Part shown: piece by piece, positions 17,661 to 26,859 of the stretch
Position numbering within the stretch: the first letter of the stretch is position 1
How the letters are laid out: each line of letters begins with the position of its first letter
From: a bacterium
Lineage (GTDB): Bacteria > SAR324 > JACQKK01
DNA length: 38,412 nt
Direction of reading: 5' to 3'
Assembly: GCA_041477795.1 (NCBI GenBank)
Contig: JBGOUY010000001.1
Location: forward strand, 1 to 38,412
Translations under genes and position numbers: made by a program
Notes under the pieces: model-generated
Told to the model about the DNA's origin: nothing
Database searches by the model: none
What the model saw: the letters and a program-made list of their open reading frames with translations, nothing else

Positions 17661-18217
17661 ACGGCAATTCGCCCTGTGGACACGCGGCCCCTGGGTGGAA
17701 TCGAAGAGGGCGGCCGAATAGCTTCGCACACTCGCTGAATTGTCGAACCGGTTCGTGTACGCCGTGCGCCGCACCAATCTCACCAGAGCGGAAGGATTGG
17801 GGCTGCCTTCTTACGCTCTGAAGGACCTCGTCAACCTCAAGCAGCCCGATAGCGATGTGACAGGCGACTACCTCAAGCTGCCCCCAGAGAAACTGCGCGA
17901 GCCCACTCAGCAGGTGGAGGATAGGCTGCTTCAGCCGGCGGAGGTGAATCGAAGCCAAGCTCTAAGGCCCGCAATTGACCGGGGACGGCGCTCAAGCAGG
18001 TTCAAACCGCGCAGAGGAGATGATTCCTGTGCTTGTGCAGTGCGGCCCTGCCATTCAAGAGCGGTGGAGGTCGCAGGGGCTTCGGCGATCCCACCGAGCG
18101 CGATCCCGCGACGGGACGGCAGGACGTCGCGAATGGCTACGCTTCCGCAGAAGCCGCCCGGACGTTGTACGGAGTGGACGGCATCCCTGCGCGGGAGTGG
18201 CTCCTCCCACCCGGCGT

Positions 18218-19555
18218 TCAAGGGAGCGCATCCAGGGAGTCGGCCAGGGCGCGCTCCAGGATCGACAACCCAGTGTCAAGTTCCTCGCGGGTAATGGTGA
18301 GCGGCGGGGCGATGCGGAACACGCTCCCGTGTCCGGCTCTGACCAGACTGGTGCTCAGACCCAGCTTGAGGCAGCGCCGGGCGACCGCCTGCGCCAGCTC
18401 CGGCCAGGGCTCGCGGTGCTCCCGGTCGTGCACCAGCTCCAGGCCCAGCAGCAGGCCCTGCCCGCGCACGTCGCCGACCGCCTCGAAACGCTGCCCCAGC
18501 GCTTGCAGTCCGTGCTTCAGGTAGGCGCCAGATTCGGACGCACGCTCGGCCAGGCGCTCGCGGGAGACCACTTCCAGCACCGCCAGACCCACTGCGGCCG
18601 GCAAGGGGTCCGAGACGTGCGACGTGTACTGCAGAAAGCCGCGCTCGTGGCAGGTGGCTTCGAGGGCGGCCGTGGTGACCGTGGCGGACAGGGGCAGCCC
18701 TGCCCCGAAGGTCTTGGAAAGGGTCAGGAAGTCCGGCACCACGTTGGAGCGCTCGAAAGCAAACAAGCTGCCCACTCGCCCCAGTGCGGTCTGCGACTCG
18801 TCCAGGATCAGCAGCAGGCCCCGCTCCTCGCACATTTCCTTAAGGCGTCGCAGGTATTCCGGCGCGAGTTCGATGATGCCGCCGGAGCTCAGGATGGGCT
18901 CGGCGATCACCGCAGCCGGGGCCCCCACGGACTGCCGATCCACCATCTCGAAGCCCACTTCAAGACAGGTGCGGTCGCAGGCGTCCCGGCAATGGCGGAT
19001 CGGGCAGCGATAGGCATTGGGGGTCGGCAGCGCCAGCGTGCCGGGCATCGCAGGACCGTAGCCGCGCCGCCCCCCGGAATAGGTGCTCGCACTGGAGCCT
19101 GCCGTCATGCCATGCCAGGAACGGTCGAACCCGATCACCTCGAAGCCGCCTGTGCTGAGCTTGGCCATGCGCAGCGCCGCCTCGTTGGCCTCGCTGCCCG
19201 TGCTCAGGAACATGACCTTGGCCAGGGGCGCCGGCAGCATCCCGATCAGGCGCTCGGCGAGCTGTAGCACGGGCGGAGAGAGCATTGTGCTGTACAGGTG
19301 AATCGCCTCGCGGCTGGCTTGACCGATGGCCTCGAGCACCCGGGGATGGCTGTGACCCAACGTGGCGCACATCTGTCCCGAGGTGAAATCCAGGATGGCC
19401 CGACCGTCCGTGTCGTAGAGCCAACAGCCAGTGGCGCGCGCAATCGTGACGGGTGCGAACTCGCCACCATAGCGGATCAGGTGGCGCGCTGCCGCTTCGT
19501 GGGTGAGGGCACTCTGCGACATGAAGGGAGGGGCTGACGGCGCGCGCGGATTCAT
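18218..19555 (-). CDS. class III (omega/acetylornithine-type) PLP-dependent aminotransferase
   Basis: Start at MNPRAPS (ATG at 19555) or MSQSAL (19522). DFTSGQMCATLGHSHP, FLSTGSEANEAALRMAK, LILDESQT and the PLP-lysine region TLSKTFGAGLP are all class-III hallmarks. About 445 aa. Confidence 0.9.
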   Translation of the reverse strand: MNPRAPSAPPFMSQSALTHEAAARHLIRYGGEFAPVTIARATGCWLYDTDGRAILDFTSGQMCATLGHSHPRVLEAIGQASREAIHLYSTMLSPPVLQLAERLIGMLPAPLAKVMFLSTGSEANEAALRMAKLSTGGFEVIGFDRSWHGMTAGSSASTYSGGRRGYGPAMPGTLALPTPNAYRCPIRHCRDACDRTCLEVGFEMVDRQSVGAPAAVIAEPILSSGGIIELAPEYLRRLKEMCEERGLLLILDESQTALGRVGSLFAFERSNVVPDFLTLSKTFGAGLPLSATVTTAALEATCHERGFLQYTSHVSDPLPAAVGLAVLEVVSRERLAERASESGAYLKHGLQALGQRFEAVGDVRGQGLLLGLELVHDREHREPWPELAQAVARRCLKLGLSTSLVRAGHGSVFRIAPPLTITREELDTGLSILERALADSLDALP

Positions 19556-19728
19556 GGGGCACCTGGATGAGGGGGGCGGCTCTCCCGAGCCTTGTCGCGC
19601 ATTGAGACCGTGGCGGACTGGACGGCGCGACCCGGGCAGCCGGGTCCAGGTGAACATTCCATAAGAATCGTGAAAAACGCCAGGACTGCGGAGGAGAAAC
19701 GGGCTCGTGCTGGCTGCCAATGGCAGTA

Positions 19729-19872
19729 GGCCTGTTCCTGGGCCAGCCGGCGCTCCGCCCGCGCGGTGAATTCCAGCCCGTTGTCCGAGCGGGTGTGCTT
19801 AGGTGAACCGTGGCGTACGAAGACCTCGGTCGGTGTGTGCAGCACGTCGACCGAGCGCTGGCGCCGCCGCAA
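19729..19872 (-). mobile_element. transposase integrase-core (rve) fragment
   Basis: ORF 19552..19872 begins RSVDVLHTPTEVFVRHGSPKHTRSDNGLEFTARAERRLAQEQ, matching the ..hG.P..iRSDNGpEF.a.a...Wl.. segment of DDE/rve transposases. The flanking sequence is not transposase-like. Confidence 0.55.
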
Positions 19873-19989
19873 AGTGGTGACCAGGCAGCACGCCCACCGC
19901 GACGCCCGCGGCCTTGTCCAGAAGCGCCGCGGGGAGGTTGCCGGGCGGCAGCGCGGCCTGCGGCCCGCTGGCGAGGTGCTCCAGCCGCA

Positions 19990-20472
19990 TCAGCTCAGCA
20001 CGTAGCGGTAAATCAGTTCCGTGATCCAGTTGTCCAGCGCGGAGCTGGGCAGCGACGCGTACATGAACGTCTTGAACACGATGAATATGAGCAGGGTGAC
20101 GCACAGCGACAAAGGCAGCAGCACCACGAAGCGCCGATAGCCCAGCAGATAGACGGCGGCTACGATGAACACCGCCGTGGCGGCCAGATAGCCGCCAAAG
20201 GTCATCGCCGGGATGTAGACCAGGGCCAAGCCCATCACCGCCAGGAAGTGCACCAGGTCCACCCCCTCCTCCACCACCGGAGCGTGCCGGTGCAGCCGTG
20301 CGCGCAGCGTCGAGACGAGGTACCAGCAACTGAACGCGAGCACCGCCCACGAGAGCATACGCGGCAACAGTGTCGCGTTGGGATCGCTGATACCGAAGGT
20401 GAGAGCCAGGAACGTTGCGCTCACGGCAATGAAGGCCAACGACACGAACAGGTCCCCCAACTGGCGACGCAT
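19990..20472 (-). CDS. tctB: tripartite tricarboxylate transporter small membrane subunit (TctB family)
   Basis: Start at MRRQLGDLFVSLAF (ATG at 20472 preceded by GGAGGTGAA). About 160 aa with four hydrophobic segments, located next to tctA. Confidence 0.8.
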   Translation of the reverse strand: MRRQLGDLFVSLAFIAVSATFLALTFGISDPNATLLPRMLSWAVLAFSCWYLVSTLRARLHRHAPVVEEGVDLVHFLAVMGLALVYIPAMTFGGYLAATAVFIVAAVYLLGYRRFVVLLPLSLCVTLLIFIVFKTFMYASLPSSALDNWITELIYRYVLS

Positions 20473-20568
20473 TTCACCTCCACAGATGATTCGCTCCAAT
20501 GCGCCCTGAGCGCGCCTTGCTGTCCCTGCCCAAAGAGCCCGCAGGCATCTGCTCCGCTGCGCAGCACC

Positions 20569-22104
20569 CTAGTCCATGGACTCGCCGACGGTCGTCTTGG
20601 GTCCCACGCGGAGCCGTCCCTGGGAGCGCAGGCGCGCCTTGCGGAGGCTCCAGGCCAGGGAGCCCAGCGCCAGCACCAGGAACACCAGGGAGATCGGGTG
20701 CTGGACGAAAATCAGCCAGCTGTTCTGGGACAAGGCCAACGAGCGCAGCAGGTTCTCCTCCAAGATCGGGCCCAGGATCATCCCCAGCGCCAGGGCGCCG
20801 AGCGGGAAGCGGTGCTGGGCCAGCACGTATGCGATGCCTCCGGCGATGACGGTCACCCACAGGTCCAACAAGCTGTTGCGGATGGCATACGAGCCAACCA
20901 TGCTGAAGACGATGATCAGGATCGCGACGATCGCCTTGGGCAGGGCCAGCACGCGGGTCCAGAGCCGCACACCCCCGAGCCCCAGGCCCAGCATCATGCA
21001 GTTGCAGATCAGGTAGCCGATGAACAGCGTATAGACGATGTCGGCCCGCTGGGCAAAAAGCATCGGCCCGGGCTGCAGCCCGTGCATGGTCAGCGCCCCC
21101 ACGTAGACGGCCGCGGCGGCGGAGCCCGGGATGCCCAGCGTCAGCAGCGGAATCAGCGAACCGCCCACGGTGGCGTTGTTGGTCGCTTCGGCGGCGACCA
21201 GCCCGTCGACGTTGCCAGTGCCGAAGCGCTCCGGGTGCTTGGAGAAGCGCTTGGCCTCCTCGTAGGCGATGAACGGCGAGGTTTCCGGCCCGATGCCGGG
21301 CAGGATGCCGATCCAGATGCCGATGGCCGAGGAGCGCAGCCCGTTGAGCAATTGCTCGCGCATCCTGCTCAGGGTCACTCGTTCGTTTCCGATGATCGGG
21401 GCCACCGCGGTGACGGTGCGTTCCTTGAGCGCCGAGGCCGCCAGCAGCAGCGCCTGAGGAATGGAGAATGCGCCGATCAGCACGGAAATGAACGAGATGC
21501 CGCCGGAAAGTTCCGCGAATCCAAGAGTGAAGCGGGGCACCCCGTACACCGGGTCCAGGCCGATCGTGCCGATCAGACAGCCGAACAGACCGATGATCAC
21601 GCCCTTGACCGGCTCATCTCCGGACATGGACACCAGCAGCGTCATGCTGAAGAGCACCAGCGCGGTATAGTCCGGGGGGCCGAACAACAAGGCCAGTTCG
21701 GCCAGCGGCGGCGACAGGAAGAGCAGCACCAGCCCTCCCAGGATTCCGCCGAAGAACGACGCCCAGGTCACGGTTTCCAGGGCCAGCCTGGACTCGCCGC
21801 GCTTGGTCATGGGATAGCCGTCCCACACGGTGACCACGGAGGCCCCGGTGCCCGGTGTGCCGATCAGCACGGCAGAGATCGAGCCCCCGTAGATCGCGCC
21901 GGCATAAATGCCGGCCAGCATGACCAGCCCCGCGATGGGTCCTGTCGCGTAGGTGACGGGCAGCAGCAGGGCTATTGCCATGGTGGCTGACAGCCCAGGC
22001 AGTACGCCCACCACGATGCCCCCCGCCGTGCCCAGCAGGGCCGCGAGTAGATTCCCTGGCTGGAACGCAATGCCGAGCCCGACGACGAGGTTGTGCATGA
22101 GCAT
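20569..22104 (-). CDS. tctA: tripartite tricarboxylate transporter large permease (TctA family)
   Basis: 511 aa highly hydrophobic protein with N-terminal GVLPGLSATMAIALLLP and internal GILPGIGPE repeats, typical of TctA. Confidence 0.9.
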   Translation of the reverse strand: MLMHNLVVGLGIAFQPGNLLAALLGTAGGIVVGVLPGLSATMAIALLLPVTYATGPIAGLVMLAGIYAGAIYGGSISAVLIGTPGTGASVVTVWDGYPMTKRGESRLALETVTWASFFGGILGGLVLLFLSPPLAELALLFGPPDYTALVLFSMTLLVSMSGDEPVKGVIIGLFGCLIGTIGLDPVYGVPRFTLGFAELSGGISFISVLIGAFSIPQALLLAASALKERTVTAVAPIIGNERVTLSRMREQLLNGLRSSAIGIWIGILPGIGPETSPFIAYEEAKRFSKHPERFGTGNVDGLVAAEATNNATVGGSLIPLLTLGIPGSAAAAVYVGALTMHGLQPGPMLFAQRADIVYTLFIGYLICNCMMLGLGLGGVRLWTRVLALPKAIVAILIIVFSMVGSYAIRNSLLDLWVTVIAGGIAYVLAQHRFPLGALALGMILGPILEENLLRSLALSQNSWLIFVQHPISLVFLVLALGSLAWSLRKARLRSQGRLRVGPKTTVGESMD

Positions 22105-22444
22105 CGGTTCAGACCGTCATGAGTCCATCGTTTCCCGCAGTCAATGGGCGCTGCCTGCGCAGGACGGCGGCCCATCCCGGCAGCCATTTCCCGGGCGGAC
22201 TGCCCGGAGGGTCGCGGCGCAAGCCTTGGCCGCTCCGGGGCCGCTCCCATCCTGCCACGAGTTCGCCCCCACTCCGCAAGCGCGAGTCCAAGCCGCGCGG
22301 GCCTGGGCCGGCTCACTGCGCCGTGCTTCCCTGCCGCGCGAACGCGTCCGGCCCTGTCGCAGGCCCGGCAAGTCCATTGTGTTGGCCGGCAATACAGCCC
22401 GGCGCAAAGCTCCCGGCGCGGCGGCAGACCCGGGCCCGCTGCGG

Positions 22445-23446
22445 CTACTTCATCTTGCCAATGCTCTTGAAGAACGCGATCTGCGTATCGCGTGCCGTGA
22501 CGTAGGCCTTCTGGGTGTCCGCCGCATTCATGGGATTGAGCGGATCGCCCAGCTTTTCGAAGGCGGCCTGGGTCTCGGGATCCCGCAGGGTTTCCAGGAA
22601 GGCGGCTTCCAGGTAGCGGATCCGATCCTTGGGCGTACTGGGCGGAACGCTCAGGAAGCGCCAGATACCCCACAGGTTGCCGCCGACGGGAATGCCCAAC
22701 TCGGAGAACGTTGGCGTGTCGGGGAACTGGGGATGGCGACGGTCATCGGCCACGGCAATCGCCTTGACCTGGCCCGCGTCGGCGTACTGCGAGAACTCGA
22801 CGATGAGGCAGGTGGTGATGTCGATCTGCTTGCCGAGCAGCGCGACGACGCCGGGCTTGCCGCCCTGAAAGGGCACCATGTTCATCTTCACGCCCAGGTG
22901 GCGCTCCACGTCGTTCGCAAGGAATTGGAACACGTTGTCGGGCGTGACGCCCATATTGACGTTCTTACCGTTCTTGCGGATGTAGTCGATGATCTCCTTG
23001 GGGCTCATCTTGCCGAGCGCCGTGTCCGGGTTGACGACCCAGAAGAGCGGCGAGAAGTTGATGGATGCGATGGGCAGGAAGTCTGCCAGATCGAACTGTC
23101 CAGCCCGCAGCAGCGCATCCGGATACAGCGTATTGGCCACCACACCCACGGTGTAGCCATCGGCTGGCGAGCTCTTGGCCAGCCAGGTATGCCCCACCAG
23201 ACCGCCGCCACCGGTGCGGTTCACCACGACCAGCTTGGCGCCCACGTACTTCTCGGCGTGCTGGGCCAGGGTGCGCGCCGTGACGTCCATGCCCCCGCCC
23301 GCGGGATACACCACCACTACCTCGATGGGCCGCCGCGGGAAATCCGCCGGCTTCAGCGCCTGCAACTGGGCACTCTGTGCCGCCGCCAGCGTGGCAAGTG
23401 CCAGCAGCCCGGCGCCGGCCAAAACGATCGCGATGCACGTACGCAT
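22445..23446 (-). CDS. Bug/TctC family periplasmic substrate-binding protein
   Basis: 333 aa with signal peptide MRTCIAIVLAGAGLLALATLAAAQS, then RPIEVVVVYPAGGGMDVTAR and NRTGGGG, which are Bug-family hallmarks. AGGAGGAA RBS. Confidence 0.9.
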   Translation of the reverse strand: MRTCIAIVLAGAGLLALATLAAAQSAQLQALKPADFPRRPIEVVVVYPAGGGMDVTARTLAQHAEKYVGAKLVVVNRTGGGGLVGHTWLAKSSPADGYTVGVVANTLYPDALLRAGQFDLADFLPIASINFSPLFWVVNPDTALGKMSPKEIIDYIRKNGKNVNMGVTPDNVFQFLANDVERHLGVKMNMVPFQGGKPGVVALLGKQIDITTCLIVEFSQYADAGQVKAIAVADDRRHPQFPDTPTFSELGIPVGGNLWGIWRFLSVPPSTPKDRIRYLEAAFLETLRDPETQAAFEKLGDPLNPMNAADTQKAYVTARDTQIAFFKSIGKMK

Positions 23447-23541
23447 GCTTGGTTCCTCCTGTTTACTCCCCCCATTCGCGCCTTTGAGACTGCCTTCGGC
23501 CGCTGCCCGGCGACGTCATCCGACGGGTCGTTCGGCCGTGC

Positions 23542-24000
23542 TCAGGCAGCCCCTTCCCTTTCGAGACGAGAGCGGACGTCCTGTGCCATGCGCCGCTGGA
23601 GTTCCTTGCCCTTGAGCTTCAGGACGAAGTTGCCAACATTGGCCAGCACGCCGCCGATCTCGGCATTCATGATGTACGTGATGTGCGTGGCGGCCCCTTC
23701 CAGTGGCGCCAGTTCCACGATCATGTCCACGCGCACGTCGCTGGAGATGGTCTTGCCCTTGCCGGTGCCGGCCAGGTGCAGCCGCACGGGCTCCTGCTTC
23801 TCCACGACCTCCAGGTCAAAGGCGAAGGTGGCCTTGAGCTGGGCCACGCTCTGCTCCACCTCGCCCTGCACGCGCCGATCGCCTTCCCACTGCGCCGCCT
23901 TGCAGCCCGGCAGCCAGGCGGGCATCAACGTCTCGTCCCAGAACGATGCCCAGACCCGCTGCACCGGTGCCTTGATGTCGAACTCCCCGCGGAATTCCAT
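23542..24000 (-). CDS. SRPBCC/CoxG family protein
   Basis: 152 aa. MEFRGEFDIKAPVQRVWASFWD...LPGC...and the C-terminal GGVLANVG...LKGKELQRRMAQD pattern resemble carbon-monoxide dehydrogenase subunit G-like proteins. It starts 12 nt after the reductase stop. Confidence 0.8.
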   Translation of the reverse strand: MEFRGEFDIKAPVQRVWASFWDETLMPAWLPGCKAAQWEGDRRVQGEVEQSVAQLKATFAFDLEVVEKQEPVRLHLAGTGKGKTISSDVRVDMIVELAPLEGAATHITYIMNAEIGGVLANVGNFVLKLKGKELQRRMAQDVRSRLEREGAA

Positions 24001-24012
24001 GGCGACTTCTCG

Positions 24013-25944
24013 TCACAGCTCGCGCATCGTGGCGTAAGCCTCGCGCACGGCGGACATGATGCGGCGCGGCGCGGATGCATCGCCCAGGGCCACCACATGC
24101 GGATAGCGGCCCTTCAGCTCGCGATACAGTGTGATTTCCGGCAGGCGCTGCGTGCAGATCACCACCGCGTCGACGTTCTCCACGAAGAACGGGTCGCTGC
24201 CGTAGCGACTCTGCAGCAACACACGGCGCGGCTGGATTTCCCGGATGCGGGTGTCCACGTGGGTCTGCACGCGGTTCACCACGAAGGCGCGATGCAGCAG
24301 GTACTTGGTGTTGATCTCGATATCGGCGCCCGCAACCTCCGCATCGGTGACGTAGGTCACGCGCTTGCCCCACGTGACCAGCAGCTCGGCGGTGCCGCTC
24401 CCGGCCACGTGATACTCCTGGTCGTACACGAGCACGTGCTGGCCCAGCTCCGGCTGATCGGCAACGACCGCATCCATGTCGTGCACGTGCGGAAGCTCCA
24501 CCCCGGGCATCTGCGGCCGCGTGGGGCGAGTGCCGGTGGCCAGCACCACCACCTCGGGCTGCAAGCGTGCCACCGACTCCGCCGTCGCCAGCGTATCCAG
24601 CCGCACGTCCACGCCCAGCTTGGCGAGCTGCGTGGAGTAGAAGATGGAGATCGCGGCGAAATCCTCCCGGTTGGCCAGCATGGCGGCCAGATTGGCCCGG
24701 CCGCCCAGGGCATCGCCCCGCTCCAGGAGCGTGACCTTGTGACCCCGCAGCGCGGCCACGCGCGCCGCCTCGCAGCCCGCCGGACCGCCGCCTACGACCA
24801 CCACGGTGCGGCGCTGCGGCGCCTTGCGCAGCTTGGGCTCGGACTCGTGTCCGGCCTCCGGATTGTAGGTGCAGCCGATGGTGCGGTCGTGCCAGATGCG
24901 GTGGTGGCACTCGTTGCAGGACAGGCAGGAGCGGATGTCCTCGTGGCGGCCTTCGTGCATCTTGCGCGGCACGTCCGGGTCGCAGATCAGCGGTCGGGCG
25001 AAAGCGACCATGTCCGCCTTGCCCTCGCGGATCACGTTGCCGGCCTCCTGCTTGATCTTGCCGATGGCGATCACGGGGATTCTGCTGACCTTCTTGACGG
25101 CCGCGGCGTTCTGGATGAACGGTGTCACCTGGGAGGACGTCGTGGGGTGGATGGTCTCGATGGAGTCGAAGCCCCCGGCGCTGACCAGGTAGTAGTCCAG
25201 CCGGCCGTCGCTCTCCAGCCGCGGAATGACCTGCAGCGTGTCCTCCAGGGTCAGGCCGCCCGGCACGATCTCCTCGGCGCTCAGCTTGAGGCCCACGATG
25301 GGCTGCCTGCCGATTTTCCCACGCACCGTGTCGATGACCTCGAACAGGAAGCGCAGGCGCTTCTCCATCGTGCCCCCGTAGTCATCGCTGCGCTTATTGG
25401 CCAGCGGCGACATGAACTGCTGGATGAGAAAGCCGTGGGCCGCGTGAATCTCCACCCCGTCGAAGCCCGCCTCGATCAGCCGGGCCGCGCCGGTGCCGAA
25501 GGCGCGCACGAGCTCCTGGATCTCTTCGATCTCCATCTCGTGGGCCTGCTCCAGCCACACGGGGAAGCTGTTGGTGGGCGAAGGAGCCCATTGGGCGAGG
25601 CGGGAGTAGCCACTGTGCCACTGGCGGCCGGCGTGGATGAGCTGGCCGATCAGCTTCACGTCGTGCCGTCGCACGGCCTTGGCCACCTTGGACAGCGGCC
25701 GGATGTACCGGTCGTCGTCGATGCGCAGCGTGTTGTAGCCGAAGTAGCTGGTGGGATGGACGTGAATGCCTTCAGTGACGATCATCCCCACCCCGCCCTG
25801 GGCGCGACGCTCCAGGTAGGCCACGTTGCGCTGGGTGGCCGCGCCGTCGCGGTCACCCAGCGCAGCGGTGGTGGAGGCCATGACGAGGCGATTCTTCACC
25901 TCATGGGAACCGACCTGTATCGGCGTGAAGGCGATGTCAATCAT
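24013..25944 (-). CDS. FMN/FAD Fe-S oxidoreductase of the 2,4-dienoyl-CoA reductase (FadH) / NADH:flavin oxidoreductase family
   Basis: Start at MIDIAFTPIQVGSHEVKNRLVMAS (ATG at 25944, GGAG upstream), not the track start at 26247. It has an OYE-like TIM barrel (HAAHGFLIQQFMSPLANKRSDDYGG), a 4Fe-4S motif CLSCNECHHRIWHDRTIGC and a dinucleotide fold VVVVGGGPAGCEAA. 643 aa. Confidence 0.9.
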   Translation of the reverse strand: MIDIAFTPIQVGSHEVKNRLVMASTTAALGDRDGAATQRNVAYLERRAQGGVGMIVTEGIHVHPTSYFGYNTLRIDDDRYIRPLSKVAKAVRRHDVKLIGQLIHAGRQWHSGYSRLAQWAPSPTNSFPVWLEQAHEMEIEEIQELVRAFGTGAARLIEAGFDGVEIHAAHGFLIQQFMSPLANKRSDDYGGTMEKRLRFLFEVIDTVRGKIGRQPIVGLKLSAEEIVPGGLTLEDTLQVIPRLESDGRLDYYLVSAGGFDSIETIHPTTSSQVTPFIQNAAAVKKVSRIPVIAIGKIKQEAGNVIREGKADMVAFARPLICDPDVPRKMHEGRHEDIRSCLSCNECHHRIWHDRTIGCTYNPEAGHESEPKLRKAPQRRTVVVVGGGPAGCEAARVAALRGHKVTLLERGDALGGRANLAAMLANREDFAAISIFYSTQLAKLGVDVRLDTLATAESVARLQPEVVVLATGTRPTRPQMPGVELPHVHDMDAVVADQPELGQHVLVYDQEYHVAGSGTAELLVTWGKRVTYVTDAEVAGADIEINTKYLLHRAFVVNRVQTHVDTRIREIQPRRVLLQSRYGSDPFFVENVDAVVICTQRLPEITLYRELKGRYPHVVALGDASAPRRIMSAVREAYATMREL

Positions 25945-26260
25945 GGGCTGGCTCCGGTGCTGGACAATGGGGTGTGCCCCCTTCCGGCCGCTTTGCAATG
26001 CGTCGTACAGGCTGGCGCGTGGCCTGCCGGCCCGGTCCTCGATGCCCTGCACTGCGCCTTTTCGCGATTGATGCACGCGGTTGCAAGGCGTCGCCCGGCG
26101 CTCAAGCGGGCGCTGCCGGCTGGGGGCGCCTCCAGCCAGGGCGGGAATCTGCGCGCAGGGACCTGTCGGAGCCTTCAGAACCCTGCCCGGCACTCCGGAT
26201 GAAACGGTCGGGTTCTGCCGCCGCTCGCCTGCCTGTATGTCCCACATCCGGGAAGCCGCT

Positions 26261-26761
26261 TCAAGTTTGAACGGACCGCCCGAAGGACCGGCCTACCATA
26301 AGGGGAGCGACGGCCGCCCCGACTCGCAGGCAGCCCTGCTCGTTCAGGATCGTGGACGCCATGGAGCAGAAGCCGTGCCCCGTCATGGTGTCCTTGTCGT
26401 AGCCCAGCCTGCGCAGCGCGGCGTTGATAGTGTTGGCGCTCATGGGGCGCGCTGCGCTGCGCATCCCGGGGAACACATAGCGGCCTTTGCCCGTAAGGGG
26501 ATGAAGCTCGCGCAGGATCGCCACCGCCTGCCGGGACAGGGGCACGAGGTGCGGACGGCGCAGCTTCATCTTCTGGGCCGGGATGCGCCACTCGGCCGCG
26601 TCCAGGTCGATCTCCGTCCACTCTGCATGCCGTAGCTCCCCAGGCCGTACAAACACCAGCGGTGCAAGGCGCAGGGTGCACTTGGTTGGGAGGGCTCCCG
26701 CGTAACCTTCGAGGGCGCGCAGAACGGGTGTCCCCGCCCCTATTTGCACCCCCGGATGCAA
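26261..26761 (-). pseudogene. P4-type tyrosine integrase remnant (catalytic-domain fragment only)
   Basis: LRLAPLVFVRPGELRHAEWTEIDLDAAEWRIPAQKMKLRRPHLVPLSRQAVAILREL...RPMSANTINAALRRLGY...TGHGFCSMASTILNEQG matches the central catalytic domain of tRNA/tmRNA-targeting integrases. About 200 N-terminal residues are absent. The HxxR arginine is Cys (HGFC, codon 26366-26368). The downstream LAH...Y nucleophile region is replaced by unrelated sequence. Confidence 0.7.
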
Positions 26762-26785
26762 GGGGTAGGCGCTGGACGTTGCTGG

Positions 26786-26827
26786 AATGAAAAGAGGCGC
26801 GAAACCCCGTCAATCGGGGCCTCGCGC
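26786..26827 (-). terminator. Rho-independent terminator after the tmRNA-like segment
   Basis: Minus strand reads GCGCGAGGCCCCG-attga-CGGGGTTTCGCGC followed by CTCTTTTCATT. This is a 13 bp stem whose two non-Watson-Crick positions are G-U on the minus strand but A-C on the plus strand, which fixes the orientation. Confidence 0.6.
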
Positions 26828-26859
26828 ACTTTCTTGGATGGTGCTGGAAGGGTATTGAG

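Noticed and set aside
17509-17885. Possibility that copy A is the 3' end of a complete one-piece tmRNA (GGGGGCAG at 17878-17885 lies about 375 nt upstream, a typical tmRNA length)
   Set aside because: No GG(A/T)TTCGACGGG box follows the putative 5' end. No tag reading frame ending in ..AA-stop of the ANDxxxALAA type was found, and the T-arm does not pair. It is kept only as a fragment or repeat.
16600-17958. 452-aa minus-strand ORF across the graveyard region
   Set aside because: It runs antisense through the GFA 3' end, the OsmC-like fragment, the ACAD fragment and the tmRNA-like repeat. It is Arg/Gly/Pro-rich. Its frame does not coincide with the resolvase HTH remnant.
17975-19267. 430-aa plus-strand ORF antisense to the aminotransferase
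   Set aside because: It is a shadow frame of a gene with complete class-III aminotransferase motifs.
19810-21990. 726-aa plus-strand ORF antisense to tctB/tctA
   Set aside because: It has very high His/Gln/Arg/Asp/Gly content, the complement of hydrophobic codons. It spans two genes and their spacer and has no domain signatures.
21953-24037. 694-aa plus-strand ORF across tctA 5' end, Bug SBP and CoxG
   Set aside because: It crosses three minus-strand genes and two intergenic regions, which makes it a compositional artefact.
23683-26202. 839-aa plus-strand ORF antisense to the FadH-like reductase
   Set aside because: This longest ORF in the window mirrors a gene with FMN, Fe-S and FAD motifs. 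It is Gly/Ala/His/Leu/Arg repetitive and matches no family.
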